A DNA stretch of 64,000 nt, from the NCBI GenBank assembly GCA_027604505.1, contig JADIIX010000003.1:186001-250000 (forward strand), given 5' to 3'. The first letter of the stretch is position 1. Each line of letters starts with the position of its first letter. A model generated the notes under the pieces. The model did not search any database. It was not told where the DNA came from and saw only the letters and a list, made by a program, of their open reading frames with translations. Source of the DNA: Gonapodya sp. JEL0774. Its lineage: Eukaryota. This document shows positions 39,366 to 53,016 of this stretch, piece by piece. Made by a program: the position numbers and the translations under genes.

Positions 39366-41228
39366 TTACAGGACTTCTCCTTCCTCTTCATCAACCTCTC
39401 CATCTTCCATTTCCTCGTCTTCTTTTCGAGGAGGGCGCAGTGTTACTGGTCTGGAAGCTGGTGGTGTTGTTGTCACAGACATGAAATTCATGGGAGGGGA
39501 TCCTGAGGGCGGGGTTGTCGGCACAGACTGCTGGAAATGCAACAACAGCACAATTTTTGATACGTAAACCAGAGTTGCTCCGCAATCATTCACCTTTCCC
39601 TTCAAGCCTTCATATTCTTCCATCCCCAGACTCGATAGATCAATTGACTTGCCATAAGATACCCCTCCCGTCACGACTGCTTCGTGTATTCCTCTCGCAA
39701 GCGCTAGAATCAAAATTGAATCTTTTTGTATTCATATAAAATGGTGTGACTGAGCCACTCACCCCGAACAAGCTCCCCATTCATCCCAAACGCCTCGTAC
39801 CATCTCCGTTTGCCACCACTGAAATAATCATTACGCAAGGAAATATCCAGAACATCAGCGGCAAGGTACAAAGCTCCGCATGCGAGGTGTAATGGAGAGT
39901 GAAGCAATGGCAAGATAGTGAAGTAACTGAAAACGGAGAAGAATGAGAGCGGTGCACAAAATAGCTCGAAAATTGGTTCAAATCCTGACCTGTCATGAAT
40001 TGCCAGCCAAGCATGGGTCACGAGATCGTTCACCATCTTACCCGAAGGTACTGTCAGGAAGGACCACTGAGTGGGTGCGGAGTCCTCCGCCGGCCAATGA
40101 AGTATAGTGGGCTGAATTACCTGGTGCATATCTTGCAACTAAATCCACTAGGTGCTCATGGGGATGTCGTACGAGAAGGTCGAATCGGAGATCCACCAGC
40201 ATCTCGTGTTCGAAGAACACAATTGTACGTTTCCAACTGTCATACAACTGGGAATGCGAAAGAGAAAGCACCATCAGGCGAGTGAAACACCAGAATTCGA
40301 AAAGTAAGGGATCAAGTAATGTTACTATATCCAACAGACAGAGTACCAGGTCTTTTGCCTCCAACGGTTTCGTCGCGAATCAAGAAACGAACATCAGACC
40401 TGCCCTCCGAGGTTGTCCACTGACCTTGTCTCCTTCTTTCAATTCAACATCTTCCTTTCTAAGCGCCTTTCTGGCACATTGCAGTATCACATGCGTCATT
40501 CGGCGATAGTCCCCCTCGACTTTCCCCGCAAGAAATAGCGCTGCACCAGCCACATCGTGGTACGGACACTCTTGGAACGAGTTAAGAGTATAAAACCGGT
40601 GCACGAAGAGCGACGCGGTAAGGGGGACAGGTGAAGATCTTGGGGGAGCGATATGTGGAACCACAGAATTTCAATGGAAGGCACTCGAACAACAAAGACG
40701 GCAGTTTCACAATCATTCCTGTCAGCATTGTGACTGAGTGTGACCGCTGTGTTTTCTCAAATGGCTTTCCGTATTCCAACCCAGAGGAGAATCAGAGACT
40801 CACAGTCTCAGTGCCCTCGCAACTTTGTCAATAAATGACACCGCTTTGCGTCTTTGTGTCCTCTCCTCATCCTTAGGCATTCCCTGCACAATGCTAGGGG
40901 TTCGGGAAAGTTGTTCTTCTGAAAAAATCCACTGATTCGGACTAGACGGTCGAGTTTTTCGAGCCAAAGAGTCAAGCATTGCCGGAGGCGGATGAAGGTG
41001 ACGGTGGTCACCTATTAACGGTAATGGTCGATTCAGTGGTGTTTCGCGATCCCAATCATGACGTGAAGGTAAACCCGAGGAGCGAAGAGAATGTGAGGGT
41101 AACGGAGATCGTGCACGGGATGATATGCCCGGACGATAAATATCAGCCTGTCCGTTGCGTGAAGATGGCGTGTCGGAAGATTCGTCGATATCTCGATAAG
41201 TCGCAAGTGTTCGCGACGGTGGAGGCAT
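39366..41228 (-). CDS. Transcriptional cyclin (cyclin T/K, Pch1-like)
   Basis: QWIFSEEQLSRTPS..GM...EE...RRKAVSFI; TASLFVHRFY...DVAGAALFLAGKVE; EHEMLVDLRFDLLVRHPH. Confidence 0.88.
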
Positions 41229-41384
41229 CGCTTCATGAAATCGTTGCTCGAAAGCAATCGCGTGGAATTGTTAGGCTCTCTGTCAGAAGGAGGAGACGGA
41301 GAAAAGGTTTGAATGCGAATACGAGCATTTCAATGCGAAGCTGCACACATGCAAAATCTTTTCGGACAGATCCATGAAAACTAT

Positions 41385-42923
41385 CTAGCTTTCTACATGT
41401 ACCACACTTGTGCTATTCTCACCACTGGTGGGCTCGCTTGCAGATCCTTCCATTGCCAAACGCCCTAAACCCATGGCTGAATGAATGATACTACCTTGAA
41501 GAAAAGGCAGACCCACAATAGCAGCTGTATCCGGTCTGTCAGCAGGATCAGGCCGGCACATCCACGCAATGAGATTTGAAAGCTGCGGTGAGTACATTGG
41601 AGGCAGTTGCTCATATTTTCCGTTCATGATCTTGAGAACGATTGAAGGTAGAGTCTGAGGAGGTCACGAACAAAGGGGGGTAGATGTGGAATCAGTAGCG
41701 AAAATGGCGCTTTGTAAATCGTGTGCTAGATGCACTCGACAAGGTGGAGAGCACTTTGCGGACAAAACGTCCGATTCGTTCGCACATAAACGAGAGCCAG
41801 ACAGCATCTCCACTCACGCTTACGCGCACTTCCATTACGCCACGTTGATTTCCGAGACACCCACCGCTCCATCAAACATCCGCTTACCAGCCGCCAGCTC
41901 GTAAAGAATACAACCTAGAGCCCATATGTCACTCTTCTCGTTGTATGGCTTTCCTTCACAAAGTTCTGGGCTAAGGTAACTGGGTGTACCAACGACAGTT
42001 TCCGCCTGTGTATCACCGGTGTCTAAAAGCTTGGATATCCCGAAGTCACCGATTTTGAGGATCATGGAATGCACTTGACGAGATATTTCAGAGTCAGGTG
42101 GCGGTAGGCCAACGTAAGAGACGAAGATGTTGTTCGTTTTCAAATCTCGGTGTATAATGGAGTGGGAATGAATGTGGTGAATTGCCAGACACATTTGAGA
42201 GAAAAGCAGTAAGATATCCTGCAGTGAATAAAATGAGAGAGCGTCACGTTGGAGAACTGTTGTCTGCCATTCGAACTGACCGCTTCTGGTATTGGTTCCT
42301 TTCTTCTCTTTATAAAATCCCACAAAGATCCTCCATCTGCATACTCCATAACAATCATGAGCGCCATTTCGTCCGACGGGAGATGGCTTTCCGTGACCGG
42401 TCCTCTCGCTGCATCCGGCCGTGTTGTTGGTAAACCACGCGAAGGAGTCTTCCTGTGTTTCATATGAGGAACTCCATCCTGCACTTCTTTATCTCCCGAT
42501 ATAAGTTCTTCGTCTTCATCGCTAGCTGTGTCGTCTTGGTTGACCGATAAACCGACACCCCCCCGCGCAATAAAGCTATCGTGGTATGCGATAATATTCG
42601 GGTGACGCAGCATAGAGAGCACTTGAATTTCATTGGCTGATGAGCGTCGTGCGGCGTCAGTCAGGGAAGGGTCAGAAGTGTGGAAGATTTCCTTGACAAC
42701 GACCAGTGCGTCATCTCGTTTCCGGCGGCACAGGATCGCAAATCTGAAGCAGATTCAAAAAAAGACATTTCATTTATGAGTGATGGAGGTGACTTTAGGA
42801 ATCGTGGAATCGCCGACAAGGGATCGGAAGAGTCGCGGTAGCAGCTGGCAGCAGAAAGCTGTGAACGCACCCATGAGCTCCTCTTCCGATGATTCGAAGC
42901 TTTTTGTAGTGACTCCATTCCAT
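41385..42923 (-). CDS. NIMA-related (NEK8-like) Ser/Thr kinase, kinase domain only
   Basis: MEWSHYKKLRIIGRGAHG / FAILCRRK..DALVVVKEI, LRHPNIIAYHDSF, MEYADGG, HRDLKTNNIF, KIGDFGISK, TVVGTPSYLSPELCEGKPYNEKSDIWALGC. Confidence 0.9.
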
Positions 42924-43006
42924 GAATGACCTTTATAAGTGAGGTGAGGGAAACGTGAAAAATACGTGAATTGATTTATGTATTTACAGAAGGTTCATGT
43001 GGACAA

Positions 43007-44456
43007 TCAAGCTGTTGGTGGCTTGATATCCTTCAATGCGTCCATCACCGCACTAAGCAAATGTCTCATGCCTTCCTCTGTCCCGTTTCCGAGGATTTGA
43101 TCGAGTATGTGATCCTTCTTCGCCTCAATATGCTTCCCCTTGTTGCGAAGCCACTTGAGCACGAGCTCTTGCATCTCCTTGAGACCCAGCTCCCCCGCAC
43201 GAAGATATGTTTCAATGAAAGCGTCGGCTGAGAACAGGTTGTCAAAGTGAAACTTCGTGATTTCAGCAACAAACGCTTCCATCTGCCAATAGGTAGCAAG
43301 TTTGACAAGGTTCCAATGTGCCGTTGACGCCTGAGTGCGAGACACAAGTGATTTCATGGGGAAACCGTACATCCACCGGATAAGCAAATTCGCCTCTGCA
43401 AATATATGTCATAATATTAGAAACCGTTCGAACGGTGAAACGTTTTCGGGCACACGAACCTTTATCGGATGTCGCGAAATCGCCCCCCATTTTTACGAAT
43501 CGCTCTCTGTTTTCTTGAAGATCGAGGCCCGAAGTGAAGATGCTATTGAAATACTGGCTCAAAGGCACCAACACAAAGCGATGAACGCGAAAAGTCCTTC
43601 GCTCAAATTGTATCGAAAAATCCGGAGGTAAAAGTGCTGCATTCACGCCTGGCGTTGGACCAGGATATATATCGCGATGCAGTTCGGTTGGCCGTGGGAG
43701 GATTGGTGCAGAAGGACGTCCAGAGTACCTTTCTGGGCTTGTACAGGACTGTAAAGTAAGAATGATAGTCACGTCGGGCTCATCTCTTGGCACATCTTGT
43801 CTCCTGAAGAAGGCCCCGGCCATAAAACGCTGGACTTCTGAAAAGGAATGCTCGATTGCCCCTCGTGGAAAGTCGTTCGGCGGAAGGGCTACCGAAAACT
43901 GGAATTTGACTTTTGTAATATCCGCAGTAGGGAAAGAGTAGTTATCTGGAGCAACGAGCCTACAAGCAAATGTTTGGGAATGTATGCGACAGGTCATCAG
44001 AATTGTCACCGCGGCACACATATTCAAAGAACTTGTCCAAGACAGCACAACCACGCTCCTCCACAAAGTAATAACTTACGTGAGACCACATGTGACAGAC
44101 CCGTCTTTGAAGTCGTTCCTGCCTCCTGGCCATATGGTTGCACCCCATTTGGAACCATTGAACTCAATGTCTTTCGAGCGGAGCACCTTATCCCGCTCAT
44201 ACTTCCAAAAGTCTTTGCAAACTAGAGTGAAATAAACAGTCGAACGTGCCTCGGGCTTGAGATCGTAGAAAAATGGGATTGGCGTGGTAGGATTTGGGGG
44301 ACGCTGATCGGTAGGGGCTGCAGAAGCTGAAGCAGGAGAAGCAAGCCCTGCTAGAGTTGGAGTGGTATTCACAGTTGAAGCTGGCCCAAAAGGAGTTGCT
44401 TGAACAGCGGTTGGAACGTTGACCAGGATTGGATTAGGCGCGGCAGGGGCCGCCAT
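43007..44456 (-). CDS. BTB/POZ domain protein with MATH-like N-terminal region
   Basis: PDFSIQFERRTFRVHRFVLVPLSQYFNSIFTSG, LIRWMYG, LVKLATYWQME; upstream FTLVCKDFW...SKDIEFNGSKWGATIWPGG resembles MATH. A further 5' exon near 44620-44649 is possible. Confidence 0.8.
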
Positions 44457-44845
44457 CGTCCCGTCCTACAGCTCGAGAGCCGTGACCGTGGGAAATGATT
44501 AGTCTCTTCACCAAAGCTGTTTGGCTTTTCACTGTTTCGAACGCTGGTGGGTGCCGTGCTACGACCATGCGGAACAGTAGCTGTGGTCCCCAACCTGATT
44601 CATTCCTCCGAAACTCACCTTTCTTCACCTCAGACGGTAACCAAAACATGTATTGGACACAAACAATAGTCAGATATCAAATAGAAAGACAGTACTCTTA
44701 TACTAGTTTTGATTTTACTTCGCGCATAATCTTTACTAACGCATCCTGGGTGATGCAGAAATCGTGTTGCATTACATAATCATCCGTTGTGGGCTTCTCC
44801 TATCAAAGAACAGTCATACCCAATTACATATGACCAATTTCTCCC

Positions 44846-47145
44846 TTAAATGAATGTCAAGAAATTACTTACAACAGCCAATTTTCGTGCAACCTCTCTC
44901 AGCACTCCCAATACCTGCCTCGGGGTTTTCACCCATGTTGCCTTTGTGAAAGCTTCTTCGACCCAATGTGCATCCGAGTCGTTGCAAAAAAGGCTCGAGA
45001 AGTTTCGCGAACACAGAAGGTCATAAGGATCTTTGGGACCACCGAGAGAGAACCAACCCGTCCACGAAGACTGTGTGGTTGCGAAGGACGGATTCGTGAC
45101 AGAGTTTGCGCACACTTGGTGAACCAAGAGGCGTTGCTCGGCAATACGCAGGAGATGGGAGGGTTCAAAGGTAACTGAAATGTCAGTAGTAAGTGTTGAA
45201 TGAAGGTGGTCGCAAAACTAGTGCATTCGCTTGTACCACCATGGAGGACTCACGATCCAAGACCTCGTGACCAAGCGCCGACAACCTCTCTTTAGCTTCT
45301 TTCTCCAATGTCGCTTCAGCACTTCCAGGAAGAAATGCCCACAAGCTGTTCATGGTTTGCAATACAGTAAATGTGAAAGTTACAGTGTGCAGTTCCAATG
45401 CGGCACTCACCTCGCCTTCTCACCACCCAGAATTTCCCCTAACGCCGGATCTGCTGTTACCTTCGCGAGAGCTCGTACAGCTTTCGTTCCTGCGTCCCCT
45501 GCAAACAGCGGAATATCCCTGAGGTCGTCAATGGCGAAATTCTGTGTGTCATGGAGAGTGCTCTGTCATAAAATTAATAGGATGTCGAAGAGCACCACTA
45601 CCCACCACCTCACCAACACCAGATTCCTTTAGCACCCGAACTAGTGCCGTCAGGGGTCCTGTTTCTTCCCCTCCATCTATCAACGGGCACTCGTACAATT
45701 CCGAGTTAGTCAAAGGGAGAACCCTCACTTCCCGGGGAGTGGCTGATGATTCTGCAACAGCTGGCTGTACGCGAAGTGATGAAAGAAATGACGCGAGGGT
45801 TTCATTGGAACCTATATAATATGTGGTGGCAAGACGGGCTAGACACGCTGCATTTCCCTTCTGTAGACGGGACGTTCGGATCGCCACGGAGCTTACGGGT
45901 TCTTTCGCATCATTGTTTGATCATGAGAATGCAATTGCCATCTTACTCACCCGCTTAGAATGTCTCCCACGGCTTTGGTGACCAGAATATCAACGAGGTC
46001 TCCCACACCAAACTCAATTGGGAATCGCGCTCGAAGATATGCGTCCTGTGCATAAGCCAATCGAGCAACTGTGCCCGCATTCCGCCACAGATGAGATTGA
46101 AAATGGGAGAGATGTGAAGATATCTGCCAGAATAGGAGAGATTGAGGCGATATCTTGTTGCCTTGCAACGGTGCCTAAAACCGACCTCCGCTGCTCCGAC
46201 GGCAAACCAAGCAGTACTACTCTTAGTCCAAGACTTTGACTCGACTGCTCTTTGTAGCAGAAGGCGAATTGTGGTTTTCCCTGAACCAACCGCCCCGAAT
46301 ACCATCCGCAGACTAGGCCGGGATGCGTCAGAGGGATGTATTATAGGGGCTACGTTCCTATCAGTGAAGGAATAGTTCAATGCGTCAGTAGTCTGGATGT
46401 GCGAGCTGTTCACTCTTGCTGCATCGCTTGGTATGAGCCGGTGGCACCAACATAGCTTCTTAGAAGGGCAGCAAAAGCCACTTACAACGGTTCATCTAGC
46501 ACCACAACGCAATGCCAGATATCCCACGTTTATGACGGACGAACAATCATGGCGCCGACTCCTTGGCAATTTTCATGTTACTCACCCGGGCACCCATGTC
46601 CTCGACTCCAACGTAAATTTAGGTCTCTTTCCCTTCCAGGCTTCCACCAAAGCTCTGGATTTTCCATCCATGTCGCCCGCCGTCATATCTCCATCAGGGT
46701 AACTCCCAGTGGTGGTCCATTCCGTCTCCCATTCTTCCGCTCTCAAACTGTCGAATGGATTTCCCACGAGGGTAAATGCAGCCCAGAACGTTGCCGGTCT
46801 GGGCGCCTCCGTGACTTGTGTTGCCGCTCGTCCAGATTCCGATGATGGGACGGTGAGAAGAACTCCCGGTACGACGAAAATCAACGCAGCAAGCGCAACC
46901 AGAGCGATTCGCGCAACAGGCACTCCATCAAACAGTATAGCAGCCTCCTGGTATATTGATCGGGCTTCGCTTGAGGCTCGTGAGAGGAAACTGGGACCAG
47001 TCTTGCGTTTGTTGTCTGGAAATGCGTAATCGTGATCGAATTTGAGGCCCTCAAGGGGTGGTGATGGATTCTGAGAGGCGGGTGGTGAAGGGAGCGTTTT
47101 ATCGAGTCGAACTTGAGGGGGATTCGGGGTTGTTCCGCGTGGCAT
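44846..47145 (-). CDS. Uncharacterised membrane-anchored P-loop NTPase
   Basis: TM helix IALVALAALIFVVPGVLL; GNPFDSLRAEE; Walker A VFGAVGSGKTT; Walker B-like NFAIDDL at about 45521-45541; C-terminal TPRQVL. The 3' end is uncertain. Confidence 0.6.
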
Positions 47146-47318
47146 TGATTTGGGTGGTTTGGAAGAACGTACTCTTCAATCAGCGGAACTCAACGACGAC
47201 TCGGGACTGCACTCCCAGCAAGACCCGTACAGACTTTGAGAATGTGAATTTTTCTAATGCGCGGTGATTACATGTGGTCAAATGCAAAGTGCCCAATCAC
47301 TCCAATGACATAAACCGT

Positions 47319-48277
47319 TCATTTGGACTCAAGTTTCGCCAAAATCTCCTGATCCCGGTAAATGATGAACTCTTCATCCCCAAGTTTAACATTGTTGCCG
47401 CCGAAAGGTGGCAGAAGAATGTGGTCGCCGGCTTTCAACCCCGGCGCTACGATTTTCCCATCCTGACAGTCAGCAACGGAGGAGATGTAGGTCGAGTCAG
47501 ATGGGGCAAAATGGTTGAAGGTGTTGTATGGGTGAGTACCAAAACAAATTAGAACAAAAAGAGCGCAGTGACCCTCCAACTGCCCTCGGCGAATCAAAGA
47601 AGACGACTGGTCTCGCAAATGCATTCTCTGATTCAGGATTGGAAAGCAAAGCATCGCCCCAGGGGGTGCTGGTCGCCAATGATTCCTGATCCAACTAATG
47701 GAACTGTAGTGTTCAGACGGACCACTCCCGTGTCCTCCTCTTCCCAGCAACTGTGTTCAATGATGTGGTGGCTTGGCAGTATTCTCCACTTGCAGGAATT
47801 TTGAAATTGACAGGAACACACTGTCTACCAACGAACCTTGTCGGGAACGCCAGGTCCGGCTGCAATAACAACGCCCTCGTTCAACGTCTCCTGAGCCTTT
47901 TCAGGAATGAACAGTCCTGATGCTGTTCGCTGCAGATTGAGCAGTGTCATAATATATCAAGTGTAACTTCAATGAGCACCGAGTCACGGGAATGAGAAGC
48001 GTCGAAAGTACCAACACACCTCTGCAGCTTTGACTCGTTGGACAAGAATGCGGTCGAAGAGGGGTACGATTCGGCGTGCAGCAGACTGTGTTTGCAGCAT
48101 CGGATTAAATTATTGGAATTGCATTAGAGAAGACGAAGCGAACATGGGGAAGCGAGGTCAGATGAATCGTGAATGAGAAAACGCAGCATAATTTGGATGG
48201 AATCGGAGTGACCATGGGCGACTATGCCTGAGAACAGGGGGGATGGACGGGGGCAGCGGGGCTGTGACACTCACCAT
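47319..48277 (-). CDS. HSP10: Mitochondrial co-chaperonin Hsp10
   Basis: ATG-only first coding exon (48277-48275, then GTGAGT); SAARRIVPLFDRILVQRVKA; TASGLFIPEKAQETLNEGVVIAAGPG; GDHILLPPFGG...YRDQEILAKL. Confidence 0.93.
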
Positions 48278-51004
<2,727 letters not shown>

Positions 51005-51194
51005 ATCGGCGCTGCATGAAAGGATCTGATTGAAATGGACATTAAAGAGATGGTGCTATGTCGCATTGGAGGGGGTCGTGCATCGCGACCAAGCTCTCCC
51101 GAATTCAGAGCGATCTCTACAGGGAGATTTTAGATATTCACATTCTAGCAGTATGGAAAAATATATGGCACTCATGTCTCAAAGTTACTGCGTG

Positions 51195-52844
51195 CTACCG
51201 CACTCTGGGAGCACCCCCCACTCCTCGTGTCTTGCCACCCTGCTGGGGAGGGGGGCTTTTGGGACGCAGATTTTCAATTTCTAAAGCGATACAAGAGTAG
51301 ATAAAAATTTAAGACGAGTATGTGTGTGAACGCCCTCTACATGGATGGGTAACTCACCAGGTGTTGAACGGACGAGGTACCCGTCCGGTTCGGAAGAAAA
51401 GTAACTATTGTATGCGTTAGCATCGAAATTGGTTCCAGATATATCGGCACCAATGGTGAGCCACCCTGGTCGCACGTTGGCATCCTGAATCGACAATAAT
51501 TGTCAAGAGATGTCGCCGCAATTGACCGTTACGGCTGTACACGCACGGTTCCAAACAGCTCCAGTCGTCGTCGACCAAGGCAAAAGTGTTCAATAATGTG
51601 GTAGATCTCCTCAGGTTTGTGTGTGTCACCCGCCGGTCGCTCATCCGCGAGAATAACGTCCGTGTCCACATTACAGTGGATGAAGTGTCCGTCCGTGCTT
51701 CGCCTAACCGTGCCACGGATCCCCATAATGCAGTGTTCCTTGACGCGTCGAAAGACCGGTTGCGCGTCAGGATTACGGGTGGCGACTTCGTCTGGGTGGT
51801 GACCGGGATTTGTGCTGTTCGTTTTCAACCAAGTGATGTCTTCGGCACGCCGGTATCCTTACGTAATAGTGGCGATACGGTAAAGGGCCACTTTCATTGC
51901 TTAGTGCATTCAGAAGTAACAACCTCACCCCATTTGTTGAGCAGATCCCGTCCCTTGTCCAACCCTTCAGCGCATCCCACCCAAATGAATATGAAGGACG
52001 GATTGGCGGCCAAGTCCTGTATTGGTAGTGTCGCAATCTCATCAAATGTCCACATAATGTCTTCTCCGGCTTTGAGCTGCCCAGTCATTGCGGGGTATCG
52101 CCGATAATATTCTTCGAGTGGAGGGTCAATAAGAATAACGTCGAAACGGGTACCGAGAGTGGTCAAATCGAACGTGCGCAAGTTCGCTCGGATGTACTGT
52201 GGGGGAGTTGCTCGCTCCTTGACCTGTTCATTCTTGAGACGGACGAGCTCTTTGAGTTTGGGATACCTGCTCAAAGGGTACGACTGACAATGGATGAGAC
52301 AAGTAAGGCCCAGTTCATCCCTCTCACTCTTCGAAGCGATCCTCGAGCGGACTGTCCCTTATGAAATTGGCCGGGTACCTTCCCGAATCTACAAAGTGCT
52401 GAGAAAAGTCGTTTCTCACTGTCCGCGCGGAGTCCTTCAACAAGCACATGGAGTTCAAACCACAGAAGTCTCAGCTGCTGAGAATGGCCCGCTCACAAAG
52501 TCGAACTCCTTTTTCTCTCCTTTTTGAGGTGGCCGCTGTGTGGTTGCCTGAGGTATTAAAGGAGTTGCAATGGTAGGAACATACTGGAGGGGATCTGGAG
52601 GGTCTTGGAGAGCATATCCGGCTCTCTGCGCGTCCACAAGCCGTGAGTCATCAAAAAGATTGATTCCAGATCTAACGAATGGTCCGATTCTGCCTCCAGA
52701 TGTCCTTGAGTGCGATGAAGTGAGCGCTTCTAGAGAACCAGCAAGTGATTCGTTTCCCCCGTGATCTCGTTGTCTGCGCCTTCTCTCTTGTCGAGCGCGG
52801 ATGACTCGATGTAAAGTATGGCGTGCTCTGTTGTGAGTGTCCAT
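51195..52844 (-). CDS. METTL14: m6A mRNA methyltransferase scaffold subunit METTL14 (MT-A70 family)
   Basis: [87 protein letters not shown]; last exon [12 protein letters not shown]. Confidence 0.92.
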
Positions 52845-53016
52845 AATTTCTTATCGTCTGTGAGAGTTTGTGAGTACTCAGAAGACCCATGCACTCTTGT
52901 GCTGCTAATAGTGACGTAATTACTGGAATTCCAGAACATACAAAGTGCGAAATGAACCCTTGAGGCGCGGCTTCTGTGCTCTTTTGCGTAACGAGAACTC
53001 TCTCTCTAGCTCAAGG

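Noticed and set aside
51208..51262. C-rich/G-rich hairpin between Hsp60 and METTL14
   Set aside because: Explained as the last coding exon of METTL14 (PKSPPP...GVGG).
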